64,000 nt of DNA, taken from assembly GCA_965243025.1 (NCBI GenBank), contig CBDETY010000003.1, positions 2,432,001 through 2,496,000 on the forward strand, in the 5' to 3' direction. The position numbers were made by a program, and so were the translations under genes. Each line of letters begins with the position of its first letter. Positions within the stretch are counted from its first letter, which is position 1. Under the pieces are notes generated by a model. That model saw only the letters and a program-made list of their open reading frames with translations. It was not told the origin of the DNA and ran no database searches. This stretch comes from Candidatus Latescibacterota bacterium. Its GTDB lineage: Bacteria; Latescibacterota; UBA2968; UBA8231. Of the stretch, positions 18,343-28,615 are shown in pieces.

Positions 18343-21165
18343 TCAGCCGGAGGCGTCCGCATCCCTTTCGATAGCCGCCTGCTCGATGCGCATGCGGCGG
18401 TTGCCGGTCTCGAAGGCGGCCAGGCCCCGCGCCGGTTCGCCGGGGCCGCGTCCGAGCCGGCCACGGACGGTTACCCCGCTCGGCAGCCGGAAAGAGTACT
18501 CCACCGGCCCACTGGCCGGCTCCGGGGCTATGGTCCTGCCCTGCGGCTCCGGCCGGCCCTGCGGCAGGACCCGGTAGCGCTGCCCTGCTGCCGTTGCGAA
18601 CCGCAGCAGGTCGCCTTCAAGCAAGGTTCCGCCCGCGGCCGCATCCCCTTCCCCAGCCCCGGTCACCGTCAGCAGACACCGCCCGCCCCAGGGATTGCGC
18701 AGGCGGCACTCCTCTCCGAGGCGCGACTCGACCTCGACGAACTCCACCTCCCCCTTGCGAATCGCGGCTGTCACCAGGAAGCCGCCCCGCCCCAGCAGGC
18801 GGAAGGAGGCCCCCCACTGCTGCGGCCACGCGGGAAACACGCGGATCACCTCCGGCTCCCCGGGCCGCGGGGACACGCTCTGCATCAGTCCCTGCTGCAA
18901 GGTCCCGGCCGCCATCCCGGAAGGCTCGAGCCCCATCGACTGGATCCCCTGCTCGAAGCAGCTGAGACCGTTGGCGAGGAATGGCCTGTACATGCTGTAG
19001 TGGGCGGCGAGCAGGGCGGGCAGCTCTTCGCCGCGGCCGGCCAGGGGAAAGGCGATCGGGGTGCGCACCAGCGACGGCCGCCAGTGCCTGCCGGTCATCG
19101 CCTTGCGGTGGTTGGGACAGAGGTCGAGCATGCGCCGCACCATCTCCTTCTGGCCGTCGTCGCCGCTCTCCAGGGTCCAGACCTCGAAGGTCTCGACCGG
19201 GTGCGCCCAGATGTCCTCGGACGGGAAGTCCCCCCGGGGGACGTCGATATGGCCGAGGTGGCCGGCGGCCCAGACGTCGTCGGCCAGGGTCCCGAAGGTG
19301 AGGGCCTTCGACTCCGGCTCGGATCCCATCGGGTAGGGGGCGAGGTGCTCCAGCAGGTCCCGCCAGCCCTCCCGCAGGCCGGCGTCGACCCCGAGGATCT
19401 CCGCGGCGCGGATGGCCGGCCCGGCGATGCCGCGGATCGCCGCGAGGTCCTTGAGGCTGTCCTTCACGAGGTAGAAGGACTCCATGACGTTGGTCCCCTC
19501 GAGGTGGTAGAGGCCGTCCTCTCCCCTGACGGCGAGGTGCCGGTAGAGCTCGGCCGCGCCGCGCAGCAGCGGATACGCCTTCTCCCGCAGCCAGGCCTCG
19601 TCCCCGGTGCGGCGGTACCGCCACCAGGCCTGCAGGGCGATCTTGCTGCCGGTCGAGACGATGTGGGCGATGGCGGCGAACGGCCGCAGCCCCCGGCGCG
19701 CCTCCTCCTCCTTGTTGCCGGCGAACGACGAGCTGTAGTAGAGGTGGGAGTCGTGCTGGCAGAGGACGCGGGTGCGCGCCGACAGGGTACCGCTGCCGGT
19801 CCTGCCGAGGAAGTAGTTGCGGAACTCCCGGGCGCTGTCCGGCGGCAGCGACACCGGTCCGTCGGCCGGGCTGGTCTCGGGGAACAGGGCGCCGGCGGCC
19901 ACCCCCCAGCGCTGCCGGGCGGCCTCCTCGCACAGGGGCAGCTGGCGCGAATACATGTCGAAGTAGGGCTCGCACAGGTCGGCGCCGTCGGCGGCCTGGA
20001 GCGGCCGGTACATCATCTCGACGATCCAGTGCCAGAGCTGGGTGCCGAGATGGGGGATGTCCCCCTCGGTCTGGAAGATCAGTCCCGCCCCCTGCGGCGC
20101 CGGACCGGGGCCCCGCGACGAGGAGGCGGCGTAGTACAGGTGCAGGGTGCGGACGCGCTCGAGGTAGTCGGCGAAGCCGTCCGCGCTGGTCAGATGCACG
20201 AAGCTCCGCGACCAGAACCGGTGCCACCAGGCGGCGTGCTCGGCGCGCAGCGTTTCATATGGCATTCCGGCCGCGGCGTCGAGCAGCTCAAGAGCCCTGT
20301 CGCCGGTGCCTTCGGCGTCCGGGCCTGTGGCCGCGGCGCTGGAGAGGAGCACCGTGCGGACTCCCTTTTCCGCGGGCAGAACGAGGGTGCGCGCCTCGGG
20401 CCGGCCCTTGCGGACCGCCTCGCGCTCGTTGGTGATGCCGAGCGGCTTCTCGTCCCAGAGCAGGGCCGCCGGCTTCCAGGCCGCCTCGTGCGCCTCGACC
20501 CGGGGCTCGGCCCCCGGCACCGCGACGGCAACCGCGGATCGGGCTCGGTACTCCTCGTCGCGGAAGAACCGCTTCTCCTCGAACTCCTGCACCACCAGCA
20601 GCCTGCTGTCACAGTCCTCGAACCGGTAGCGGGCGGTGTGCACCCCGGTCTCGACCTCCTCGGGAATCCAGCGTTTTGCGTTCCAGAGATTGAGGGGCGT
20701 GGTCACCTCCGGGGCCCGCCACATCGACAGGGTCACGCGGATCTCCCGCGGCTTCGCGCGCCGGTCGTCGACCTCCACAGCGAGGAGGTCGCGGGCCGAG
20801 GAGAGGAAGCAGCGCACCCGCACCCCGTCGCCGGAGAGGGCGCACTCGGCGTCGTACAGGGAAAGGTGCTGGCGGAAGGCATCCCCGGCCGCGAACGCCT
20901 GGCCGCCCACATCCACCTCGAGGCGGGCGCAGCCGCCGCGGTAGTCGACGGGGCTGCGGTGCGAGCCGGCGTGGTTGCGGTCGGAGGAGAAGAGATCGCG
21001 CCGGTTGAGGTGGAAACGCACCGAGTCCGGGGTCGTCCAGACCGTGGTCCCCATCATGCCGTTGCCGATCGGGGTCCCGTCGATCGACACCTCCGCGGGG
21101 CTGTGGTACACGAGGTCGGCGCGCGAGACCAGGGCGCGGTAATCGACTGCGATCAGCTCGGGCAT
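18343..21165 (-). CDS. GH95-like glycoside hydrolase (alpha-L-fucosidase-like fold)
   Basis: TPIGNGMMG; EHAAWWHRFWSRS; GDEAWLREKAYPLLRGAAE; MQS...IRVFPAWP...SFRLLGRGGFLVTA. Confidence 0.75.
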   Translation of the reverse strand: MPELIAVDYRALVSRADLVYHSPAEVSIDGTPIGNGMMGTTVWTTPDSVRFHLNRRDLFSSDRNHAGSHRSPVDYRGGCARLEVDVGGQAFAAGDAFRQHLSLYDAECALSGDGVRVRCFLSSARDLLAVEVDDRRAKPREIRVTLSMWRAPEVTTPLNLWNAKRWIPEEVETGVHTARYRFEDCDSRLLVVQEFEEKRFFRDEEYRARSAVAVAVPGAEPRVEAHEAAWKPAALLWDEKPLGITNEREAVRKGRPEARTLVLPAEKGVRTVLLSSAAATGPDAEGTGDRALELLDAAAGMPYETLRAEHAAWWHRFWSRSFVHLTSADGFADYLERVRTLHLYYAASSSRGPGPAPQGAGLIFQTEGDIPHLGTQLWHWIVEMMYRPLQAADGADLCEPYFDMYSRQLPLCEEAARQRWGVAAGALFPETSPADGPVSLPPDSAREFRNYFLGRTGSGTLSARTRVLCQHDSHLYYSSSFAGNKEEEARRGLRPFAAIAHIVSTGSKIALQAWWRYRRTGDEAWLREKAYPLLRGAAELYRHLAVRGEDGLYHLEGTNVMESFYLVKDSLKDLAAIRGIAGPAIRAAEILGVDAGLREGWRDLLEHLAPYPMGSEPESKALTFGTLADDVWAAGHLGHIDVPRGDFPSEDIWAHPVETFEVWTLESGDDGQKEMVRRMLDLCPNHRKAMTGRHWRPSLVRTPIAFPLAGRGEELPALLAAHYSMYRPFLANGLSCFEQGIQSMGLEPSGMAAGTLQQGLMQSVSPRPGEPEVIRVFPAWPQQWGASFRLLGRGGFLVTAAIRKGEVEFVEVESRLGEECRLRNPWGGRCLLTVTGAGEGDAAAGGTLLEGDLLRFATAAGQRYRVLPQGRPEPQGRTIAPEPASGPVEYSFRLPSGVTVRGRLGRGPGEPARGLAAFETGNRRMRIEQAAIERDADASG

Positions 21166-21341
21166 CTCTCTCCTGTTGTCCGCTCCGGGCGGCGGGTTCG
21201 GCCGGCAGATACAACTGACCGGGGTTTTTTACCAGGTATCACCGAAAAAACACGAATCATTTGCGGCTCGCCGCCGCTGGACACCCGTCCTGTCCGGGAA
21301 ACCCCTGCCCTGGGGGAGGTGCCACGGGCACTCCACTCCGA

Positions 21342-23402
21342 TCAGTTCGCCGCAACGGCCGGCTCGGTCCGGAAGAAACACTGTTCGACGTAGTTCGAGG
21401 CGGTGGTCTCGTAGTACCCCCGCTGCCGGGCAACCGAGATGTTCCCGAGCCGCTTCGAGTACACGAACGGCACCGGGGCCTCCGAGACCGTGCTCAGCAC
21501 GTACAGGTGCTCGGCGAGCAGGCGGAACACCTCCCCGGCCGCGGCATCCCGCTCCGTTTCGGTCGGGGCGGCGAACATGCGGTCGCAGGAGTCGAGCACC
21601 TCCCGCGCCCAGGGGGCCGGCTCGACCCCCTCGGCCCCGCTGGTCAGGAACCACTTGTGCCACAGCGGCGTGTGGGTGAAGCCGCAGATGAAGCTCCTGT
21701 CGGTCGGCACGGCGCCGTTGCCGCACCAGACGATGGCCTGGTGGCCGTTCGCCTCCCGCAGCTGGTCGAGCAGGCCGGAGGATTTTACGATGACGTCGAT
21801 GCCGAGGGCGCTCCAGTACTCCTGGGCCATCTCGGCGCCGTTCCCCCACTCGGTCTGCTCCGACGGGTAGTGGAGGATGAAGGTCAGCCGCTCGCCGTCC
21901 GGACGCAGGCGGAAGCGGCGCTCCTCGTCCCAGCGCAGCCCCATCTCGTCGAGGAGCCGGTGGGCGCGCTCCAGGTCGTACTCCGCGTAAGCGCCTGCGA
22001 ACGAGGGATCGTACCAGCGGCTGTCGCGGGGCGGGGCCAGCTGCGAGGGCCTGCCGGCCCCGAGCCACAGCACCTCGTTCATCTCCTCGCGGTTGAAGGC
22101 CAGCGACAGGGCGCGTCGGAAGCGGACGTCGCCGATGATGCGGTTCCAGACCGGGTCCTTCGTGTGGTAGTTGAAGGGGTAGATCAGGCGGAACTCCTGG
22201 TCGGTGCGCATGATGACGGCGTGGTAATCCCCCGCCTCCTCGTTGCGCTTGAGCAGCGGGAAGTCGCTGAGCCGCATCCACTGGAACTGCAGGTCGGTCT
22301 CCCCCGAGATGATCTTGAGGTTCTTCATCTGGATGTCGGAGACGTAGGTGCGCGCCAGGCGGTCGATGTAGGGAAGCTGGTTCCCCTCCGGGTCGATCTT
22401 GTAGTAGTAGGGGTTGCGCTCGAGCACGAGGTCCCCGGGGTTGGGCTGCGCCACGTGCAGCCAGGGATCGAGAGTCGGGTAGCTCTCGACGCCGGGGACC
22501 TTTCCCGGCACGAACTCCTCCACTCCCCAGCGGCGGGCGTGCATGTAGGTGAACCACCGGGGCCAGTCCTCCGGCCCGGGATACCCCATCTCTTTCATGC
22601 GCGGCAGCAGCGACTCGATGTCGGCGTACTTCCTGTGGAACGGCTTGAGATGGTGGGACGGCAGCATGAACCACCACCAGCGCCACTGCGCCAGGCGCTG
22701 CAGGAAGACCCCGGCGGGGCGGGCGAACACGAAGCGGAAGGTGTAGCGGTCGAGGATCTCGAGCTTCACCGGCTCCCCCCCCCAGGCCGCCCACTCCTGC
22801 GGCACCGGGTAGAGCTCCTTGTCGAGGACGACGTCCTCGATGCAGAAGCGGACGTCCTCGGTGGTCACCGGGGTTCCGTCCGACCACCGGAGGCCCCGGC
22901 GGATGCGGAAGGTGAAGGCCCGGGCCCCATCTTCCTGCTTCCAGTGCTCGAGCACGCCGGGCTGCAGGGTGGCGTTGATGTACTGGACGATCGGGGAGGT
23001 GCCCGGCTCAGGCTTGATCTCGAGCAGCTGGGTCTCGTTGAAGTAGCGCAGGTAGGTGTCGCCGACGAACCCGGCGGCGGCGTAGCGCAGGGTGCCCCCG
23101 TACGAACCGATCTCCTCCCAGGGCACGACCACCAGCGGGTTCTCCGGAAGGCGCTCGTCAACCGGGGGCAGCTCGCCGCGGACGACGCGTTCGGCCAGCA
23201 GGGGCGGTTCCCGGAAGCCGGAAACGGCGCGCCCGGTGAGAGCGGCGTAGTCGTTGAGGTTGTAGCCGTTGCCCGAGTGCGGGTCGTCGACGAACTCCCC
23301 TGCCGCCGGGGCGGCCGCGGGCGGAGGCGGCAGCCGCGGTTTCTCCGCCGCCATGCAGGCGGCGAGGAAGGCGAGCGGCAGCAGGGAGACAGGTTTCGGC
23401 AT
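21342..23402 (-). CDS. ABC transporter substrate-binding lipoprotein, family 5 (DppA/OppA-like, probably oligosaccharide)
   Basis: LAAC lipobox after ATG 23402; GELPPVDERLPENP; IRRGLRWSDGTPVTTEDV; ERNPYYYKID.EGNQLPYID; RFRRALSLA. Confidence 0.85.
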   Translation of the reverse strand: MPKPVSLLPLAFLAACMAAEKPRLPPPPAAAPAAGEFVDDPHSGNGYNLNDYAALTGRAVSGFREPPLLAERVVRGELPPVDERLPENPLVVVPWEEIGSYGGTLRYAAAGFVGDTYLRYFNETQLLEIKPEPGTSPIVQYINATLQPGVLEHWKQEDGARAFTFRIRRGLRWSDGTPVTTEDVRFCIEDVVLDKELYPVPQEWAAWGGEPVKLEILDRYTFRFVFARPAGVFLQRLAQWRWWWFMLPSHHLKPFHRKYADIESLLPRMKEMGYPGPEDWPRWFTYMHARRWGVEEFVPGKVPGVESYPTLDPWLHVAQPNPGDLVLERNPYYYKIDPEGNQLPYIDRLARTYVSDIQMKNLKIISGETDLQFQWMRLSDFPLLKRNEEAGDYHAVIMRTDQEFRLIYPFNYHTKDPVWNRIIGDVRFRRALSLAFNREEMNEVLWLGAGRPSQLAPPRDSRWYDPSFAGAYAEYDLERAHRLLDEMGLRWDEERRFRLRPDGERLTFILHYPSEQTEWGNGAEMAQEYWSALGIDVIVKSSGLLDQLREANGHQAIVWCGNGAVPTDRSFICGFTHTPLWHKWFLTSGAEGVEPAPWAREVLDSCDRMFAAPTETERDAAAGEVFRLLAEHLYVLSTVSEAPVPFVYSKRLGNISVARQRGYYETTASNYVEQCFFRTEPAVAAN

Positions 23403-23688
23403 GGCGGGTCTAAAGGTGTTATCCTTCCTTCGTCCGGAGTGGGGAAATCTGAGCCCCGGCGGTTTCGCTCCTCCGGTCACACTGAAGCGTTTTCCGGTTT
23501 GATCTTTCCAAAAGGAGCTCGATCCGGATGCCATCCCGACGCGATCGCCCCTCGCAAACAATGCCTTCTCCGCCGCAAACCAAAACCGGTCGATGGCTCC
23601 TCTGCAAGCCGAGCCGGCAGGGGCCGGCCCCCTGCCTGCCCCGCAGGCCGGCAGCGCGGAGGGAGAACCGGCCGACAGGGACCACGCC

Positions 23689-24909
23689 ATGAACAGGGAC
23701 GAGCTTCACGCCAGAGCGGTCCGCCTGGAGCGGGAGCTTCGCGAGACCCGCGAACTTCTGCGCCGGGCCTGCCACGACCCCGGAGCTTTCACCGCCGAGC
23801 TGGTGCGCACCCGCGCCTACGCTTTCGACGCCGCACGGCCGGTCGCCGAGGTGGTCAGCGGTTGCGCCGGTTCCCTGGACCGGTACGGGTTCTGCGTCAT
23901 CGACAACGCAATCCCGGACGGGGAGGTGGAGGCCGTCCGGGAGGAGGTGGCAGCCGCCCGGGAGGTCATCTCCCGCAACATCGAGGCGATCAGGGAGCTC
24001 TCTGAAAAAGATGCGCCGACGGCAGGCGCCGGAGGGGGAGTGGAGCTGCGCCCGGTGCGCCGCCTCGGACATCCGCCCAAACCTCCCAACGACATCGTCT
24101 GGATGCCCCGCTTCGCCCGCCACCTGGCTTCCCCGGTGGTAACCGCCCTGGCGCGCCGCGTCCTCGACGACCACCTGCGCATCGCCCAGCTGCATTCGCG
24201 CATCGTCCCGGCGGACAAGCCGGACGAAACCGGGGTGGCGCCCCGGAAGCACCCCCTCATGCGCGGTTGGCACACGGACTGGCCCCACGACCTGTCGGCC
24301 TACGGCATGGGATCTCCCCTGGAAAACGCCGGCTGCATCCGCCAGCCCTTCCCGGACGTAACCATGTGTCTGGTGATGATCTGGTATCTCACCGACGTCG
24401 ATGAAAACTCCGGCGGCACCTGGGCGGTCCCCGGATCGCACAGGGACAAACGCAACCCGCGCGGCCCCGGCGACGGCATCATGGTCACCGCTCCGATCCC
24501 CGGCGACATGCAAGTGAGGGCGAAGGCCGGATCGGTCTATATCCAGGACTCCCGTACCTGGCATGCCTCCCCCCGGAACAACCCCAGCGGCCGGGACCGG
24601 GTGGCCATGGTGACCCGCTGGTGTCCCTGGTGGTTGTCGGTCGACGACTTCGCCCCGGGCGATGCCTTCAGCACCAACATGGTCTGCCGGCCGCTCTCCC
24701 AAGAGGAGTATCTCGCCCTGCCCGAGGCCCTGCGGCCGCTGATGAGGCACCTCTGTCCCGGCGAGCGGGACACCCTCCAGCAGCCGGTGCTCGACCGCTC
24801 CGAGGCGGCCGATCGTCAGAACCAGCGGGGATTCCGCCTGCTGGAGGAAAACCCGCAAGCCCTGGCACAGGCCAACGCCCACATCCGGGTCCCGGTGGAG
24901 GATCGGTGA
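23689..24909 (+). CDS. Phytanoyl-CoA dioxygenase (PhyH) family Fe(II)/2OG oxygenase
   Basis: RGWHTDW (HxD); NSGGTWAVPGSH; DSRTWH; N-terminal helical extension; start uncertain. Confidence 0.85.
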   Translation: MNRDELHARAVRLERELRETRELLRRACHDPGAFTAELVRTRAYAFDAARPVAEVVSGCAGSLDRYGFCVIDNAIPDGEVEAVREEVAAAREVISRNIEAIRELSEKDAPTAGAGGGVELRPVRRLGHPPKPPNDIVWMPRFARHLASPVVTALARRVLDDHLRIAQLHSRIVPADKPDETGVAPRKHPLMRGWHTDWPHDLSAYGMGSPLENAGCIRQPFPDVTMCLVMIWYLTDVDENSGGTWAVPGSHRDKRNPRGPGDGIMVTAPIPGDMQVRAKAGSVYIQDSRTWHASPRNNPSGRDRVAMVTRWCPWWLSVDDFAPGDAFSTNMVCRPLSQEEYLALPEALRPLMRHLCPGERDTLQQPVLDRSEAADRQNQRGFRLLEENPQALAQANAHIRVPVEDR

Positions 24910-24931
24910 GGCCGGGGGAGCGGGAGCGCGC

Positions 24932-25297
24932 GTGAGCCGCAAGAGCGAAACCTGCTTCGGCAGCCGGACATCCGGTCCGCTGATGGAGTACGACTCGGAA
25001 TTCGATGCGCGGGAAGCGGCGGAGTACGCCAACAGCCGTTACCGCAGGAACCTGGCCCCGTACCGGTGCGACCGCTGCGGCATGTGGCATCTCGCGCCAG
25101 ACGACAGGGACACCCCGAGCCGTCCGTGCGGGTACTGCACCGGCAGGGACGGCCAGCCCAAGGAGTCGTACCGCAGCCGCGAGGCCGCGGCTGCCAGGGC
25201 GGAGATCCTGCGGAAGGAAGAAGGGGCCTCGCTGCAGGTGTACGCCTGCCAGTACGGCGATGGCTGGCACCTCACCGGCAGCCGCCGGCGGCGTTGA
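24932..25297 (+). CDS. Small Cys/His protein with two tandem putative zinc-binding repeats
   Basis: Two copies of C-x(n)-YxS-xxx-A...L.xYxCxx(C/G)xxWHL; GTG start after a GGGAG RBS. Confidence 0.7.
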   Translation: MSRKSETCFGSRTSGPLMEYDSEFDAREAAEYANSRYRRNLAPYRCDRCGMWHLAPDDRDTPSRPCGYCTGRDGQPKESYRSREAAAARAEILRKEEGASLQVYACQYGDGWHLTGSRRRR

Positions 25298-25334
25298 GGT
25301 GCGTCGCCAGCTTTCACCGGAACGGAAAATCAAA

Positions 25335-26105
25335 ATGCCCCCCGACATCGACCGCTGCGTCGAGGAAGTCCTGACCAGGGGCCACTGCCTTCTGGAGAAC
25401 CAGTTCCCCCGCGGCGCCTGCGAGGCCTGCCGCGCCGGGTTCCTCCCCCTGCTCGAGGAGGTAGCCCGCCGCATCCCGGAAGGGAACCGAGGCCCCGACC
25501 GCTGGGCCATCGGCCTGCCGTTCGCGCCCCCCTTCTACCACTCCGCCTTCTTTCTCGACGAGACCGTCAACCGGATCTGCGGCCGCATCCTCGGTGAGGA
25601 CATGCATGTCGTCTACTACGGCACCGACACCCCGGTCGCCGGCTCGGAGTACCAGAAGGTCCACGCCGACATTCCGATGCTGTTCCCGGAGGATCCCAAC
25701 CACAGGCATCCCCCCGCGACCCTGTCGGTGCGCTTCACCTTCGGCGACATGACGATGGAGAACGGCCCCTTCGAGGTTGCCCCGGGCATGCAGCACCTGC
25801 CGCGCCAGGAGACGCTGGCCCGGCTGGAATCAGGGGAGCTGCCCCTGGAACCGCTGCTGCTGAACGCCGGGGACGTGATCGTGTCGGACGCCCGCACCCC
25901 TCACCGGGGCACCCCCAACCGCACCGGCGAGCCGCGGCCGTTCGCCGTCATCGTATACAACCGCTCCTGGTACTTCACCGAGTCGATGGACGCCCGCGAG
26001 CTCGAGGCCAACGAGGAGACTCCGAGGCTCACCGAATCCTTCTACCGATCCCTGTCGGAGAAGGAGCAGTTCCTGCTGCGCCGGCTGAAGAGGCAGCCGG
26101 GGTAA
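25335..26105 (+). CDS. PhyH family Fe(II)/2OG oxygenase
   Basis: QKVHAD (HxD); ENGPFEVAPG; DARTPHRGTPN. Confidence 0.85.
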   Translation: MPPDIDRCVEEVLTRGHCLLENQFPRGACEACRAGFLPLLEEVARRIPEGNRGPDRWAIGLPFAPPFYHSAFFLDETVNRICGRILGEDMHVVYYGTDTPVAGSEYQKVHADIPMLFPEDPNHRHPPATLSVRFTFGDMTMENGPFEVAPGMQHLPRQETLARLESGELPLEPLLLNAGDVIVSDARTPHRGTPNRTGEPRPFAVIVYNRSWYFTESMDARELEANEETPRLTESFYRSLSEKEQFLLRRLKRQPG

Positions 26106-26129
26106 TTTCCCGCGGCGGCAGGAAGGGCT

Positions 26130-27101
26130 TCAGTGGACCTTCCTGGCGCGGTAGTCGGCCATGACCTGTTCGGTGCGGCGCAGGAGGTGCTCGTCCTTCT
26201 CGCTGCGCACCGCGGTGGGGTCCATCCCCGACCAGTCGTAGTACCCCTTGCCCGACTTCAGCCCGGTCTCGCCGCGCTCGACCATGGCGCGGAGGTAGGC
26301 CAGGGCATCCTCCCAGCCCCCGAGGTGCCGCCACAGGTGGCCGGCCACGTTGACGTGCATCTCGAGGCCGTTGATGTCGCGCTGCTTGAGGGGGCCGGCG
26401 GTGGTGAACCGCGGCGAAAGGCCCAGCTCGACGGCCAGGTCGATGGACTCGGCGTCGGCCACGCCGGTCACCAGCAGGTTCACGGCCTCGCAGATCACGG
26501 CGTGCTGCAGGCGGTTGCACAGGAAGCCGGGCACGTCCTTCTCGACGCGCAGGGGGATCTTGTCCAGCCGCTTCCAGATCTCGCAGGCCCGGTCCATGGC
26601 TTCGTCCGAGGTGTGCTGCCCGCGGATGACCTCGAGGACGGGGACGATGTGGGCGGGTTGGAAGAAGTGGGAACCGGCGATGCGGTCGGGATGGGCCATG
26701 CGCTCGCCGAGCTGGGTGATGGGCAGGCCGGAGGTGTTGCTCGCCAGCACCGTGTCCCTGGGGGCCGCCGCGTCCATGCGCCCGAAGACCTCCTGCTTGG
26801 CCTCGAGGTTCTCGGTGATCGACTCGACGACGAACTGCGCGGAGCCGACCGCTTCCTCCAGCCCGGTGGTCGCGCGGATGCGGCCGGCCACCGCGGCGGC
26901 GGTCTCGCCCTTCAGCAGATCGTGCCTTTGCAGGTCCCCGGCGCCCCGCCGGATGTTGGCCATGGCCTGGTCCAGGGTTTCCCGCCGCCGGCTCATCAGC
27001 GCGGTTTCCCTGCTGCCGAGGGCCAGCACGAGGGCGATCTGGCTGCCCATGAGGCCGCCTCCCACGACGGCCGACTTCTCGAGAAAGAGATCCGGTGCCA
27101 A
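26130..27101 (-). CDS. 3-hydroxyacyl-CoA dehydrogenase family protein
   Basis: VVGGGLMGSQIA; VVESITENLEAK; LASNTSGL; HFFQP; PGFLCNRLQ; GLKSGKGYYDW. Confidence 0.9.
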   Translation of the reverse strand: MAPDLFLEKSAVVGGGLMGSQIALVLALGSRETALMSRRRETLDQAMANIRRGAGDLQRHDLLKGETAAAVAGRIRATTGLEEAVGSAQFVVESITENLEAKQEVFGRMDAAAPRDTVLASNTSGLPITQLGERMAHPDRIAGSHFFQPAHIVPVLEVIRGQHTSDEAMDRACEIWKRLDKIPLRVEKDVPGFLCNRLQHAVICEAVNLLVTGVADAESIDLAVELGLSPRFTTAGPLKQRDINGLEMHVNVAGHLWRHLGGWEDALAYLRAMVERGETGLKSGKGYYDWSGMDPTAVRSEKDEHLLRRTEQVMADYRARKVH

Positions 27102-27201
27102 TACCTTCCGCCTCCTTGCGCGGGTTCCAGTTAGTAAGGTTTCACGCTGCCCCGGCCTTCATCGACCGGGTCGGTCGAGACCGATGGGTACCTACTGGTC
27201 T

Positions 27202-28545
27202 TCAGCTTCCGGCGGCCCCGCCGGCGCGGCGGCCGGCGGACGCTGCCCGGAGCGTGCCCTTCACGGCCTGCAGCGAATCCCCGGCCGCCTGAAGGGTACG
27301 GTCGACGTCCCCGTCGCTGTGCGCCAGCGACAGGTAGAGCTTGCCCCCGGGGGTGACCAGGACGCCGCGGCGGATCATCTCCACCCCGAAGCGGCGGGCG
27401 GCGTCAGCGTCGGCCTGCAGCCCGTCGGCGTGGTTGCGGACCGGGGCCTCGGTGAAGACCGGCTGCAGCACGGGACCGTCGCCGATCACCTGGAATGGAA
27501 GCCCGAGACGCCCGCCGGCTTCCTCCAGGCCCTGCCGCAGGCGCTCCGAGACCTCGTAAAGCCGCGGGTAGACCCCCTCCTTCTCCAGCTCGTCGAGGGT
27601 CGCCAGCCCGGCGGCGCAGCCAACGGGATTGCCGTTCATGGTGCCGCTGGCAAAAACGTAGCCGCTCTCGGCTTTCCGCCGGGGGTCGGCCAGGGCCATG
27701 ACCTCCTCGCGGCCGCAGACCGCGGCCAGCGGGTAGCCGCCGCTGATCGTCTTGCCGTACACCGCCAGGTCCGGCACCACGCCGTAGCGCTCCTGTGCGC
27801 CTCCCCGGGCGAGGCGGAAGCCGGTGACGATCTCGTCGAAGACCAGCAGCACCCCGCGGTCCCGCGTCACCTCCCTCAGCCTCCCGAGGAAGCCCGGCTC
27901 CGGGCGGATGGCCCGCTGCAGCGGCTCGACGATGACGGCGGCCAGCTCGTCCGCGTTGTCCTCCACGATCCGCTCCGCCGCCCCGGGATCGTTGAAGGGG
28001 GAGACGAGAACCGTCCTCGATGCGCCCCCCGGAATCCCGGAGGAGTCCGGCGCCGGGGTCGGGTACTCCGCCGGGCGGGAGGGGGCGGCGCTCTGCATGG
28101 CGTAGTCGTGGGCGCCGTGCCATCCCCCCTCGAACTTGAGGACCTTCTCCCGGCCGGTGAAGGCCCGGGCGAGGCGCAGGGCGGTGAAGGTCCCCTCGGT
28201 TCCGGAGCTGGCGTAGCGCAGCAGGCCGCCGCAGGGAACGGCCTCGGTGACCCGCCGCGCCAGGTGCAGGGCGGGCTCGTTGAGGCCGTAGAAGGTCGAC
28301 CCCAGGCCCGCCTGCTCGCGCACCGCGGCGACCACCGCGGGGTGGGCGTGCCCGAGGATCAGCGGACCCGAGCCGAGGACGTAGTCGATGTACTCCTTCC
28401 CGGCCACGTCCCGGATGCGGCTGCCCTCGCCCCGGTGGAACACGGCAGCGACCTCGTCGGGGAGCCGGAACATCCCGAAGCAGCCCCCCGCCAGGACGCG
28501 CTCGGACAGCTCTATAAGGCTCTGCTGCAGGCCGGCCCGCTCCAC
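27202..28545 (-). CDS. Class III aminotransferase (glutamate-1-semialdehyde aminomutase-like)
   Basis: SSGTEG; KFEGGWHG; FDEIVTGFR; YGKTISGGYP (PLP Lys); SGTMNGNP; GGAGG RBS before GTG 28545. Confidence 0.85.
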   Translation of the reverse strand: MERAGLQQSLIELSERVLAGGCFGMFRLPDEVAAVFHRGEGSRIRDVAGKEYIDYVLGSGPLILGHAHPAVVAAVREQAGLGSTFYGLNEPALHLARRVTEAVPCGGLLRYASSGTEGTFTALRLARAFTGREKVLKFEGGWHGAHDYAMQSAAPSRPAEYPTPAPDSSGIPGGASRTVLVSPFNDPGAAERIVEDNADELAAVIVEPLQRAIRPEPGFLGRLREVTRDRGVLLVFDEIVTGFRLARGGAQERYGVVPDLAVYGKTISGGYPLAAVCGREEVMALADPRRKAESGYVFASGTMNGNPVGCAAGLATLDELEKEGVYPRLYEVSERLRQGLEEAGGRLGLPFQVIGDGPVLQPVFTEAPVRNHADGLQADADAARRFGVEMIRRGVLVTPGGKLYLSLAHSDGDVDRTLQAAGDSLQAVKGTLRAASAGRRAGGAAGS

Positions 28546-28615
28546 CCGTTCATCGCCTCCGCGCCGTGCGGGCGCCGTATCACCCGAGGGCACCGATCCC
28601 TCCCTTGCCTGCCCC

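Noticed and set aside
18322-21393. 1023-aa plus-strand ORF and similar long ORFs (21261-24005, 26350-28662, 32050-34521, 35074-37692, 45469-48375)
   Set aside because: Antisense or alternate-frame shadows of recognisable genes, expected in high-GC DNA; no motifs.
27202-28545. Assigning hemL
   Set aside because: Lacks the HemL N-terminal PGGVNSPVR and GCYHG signatures, and there is no tetrapyrrole context.
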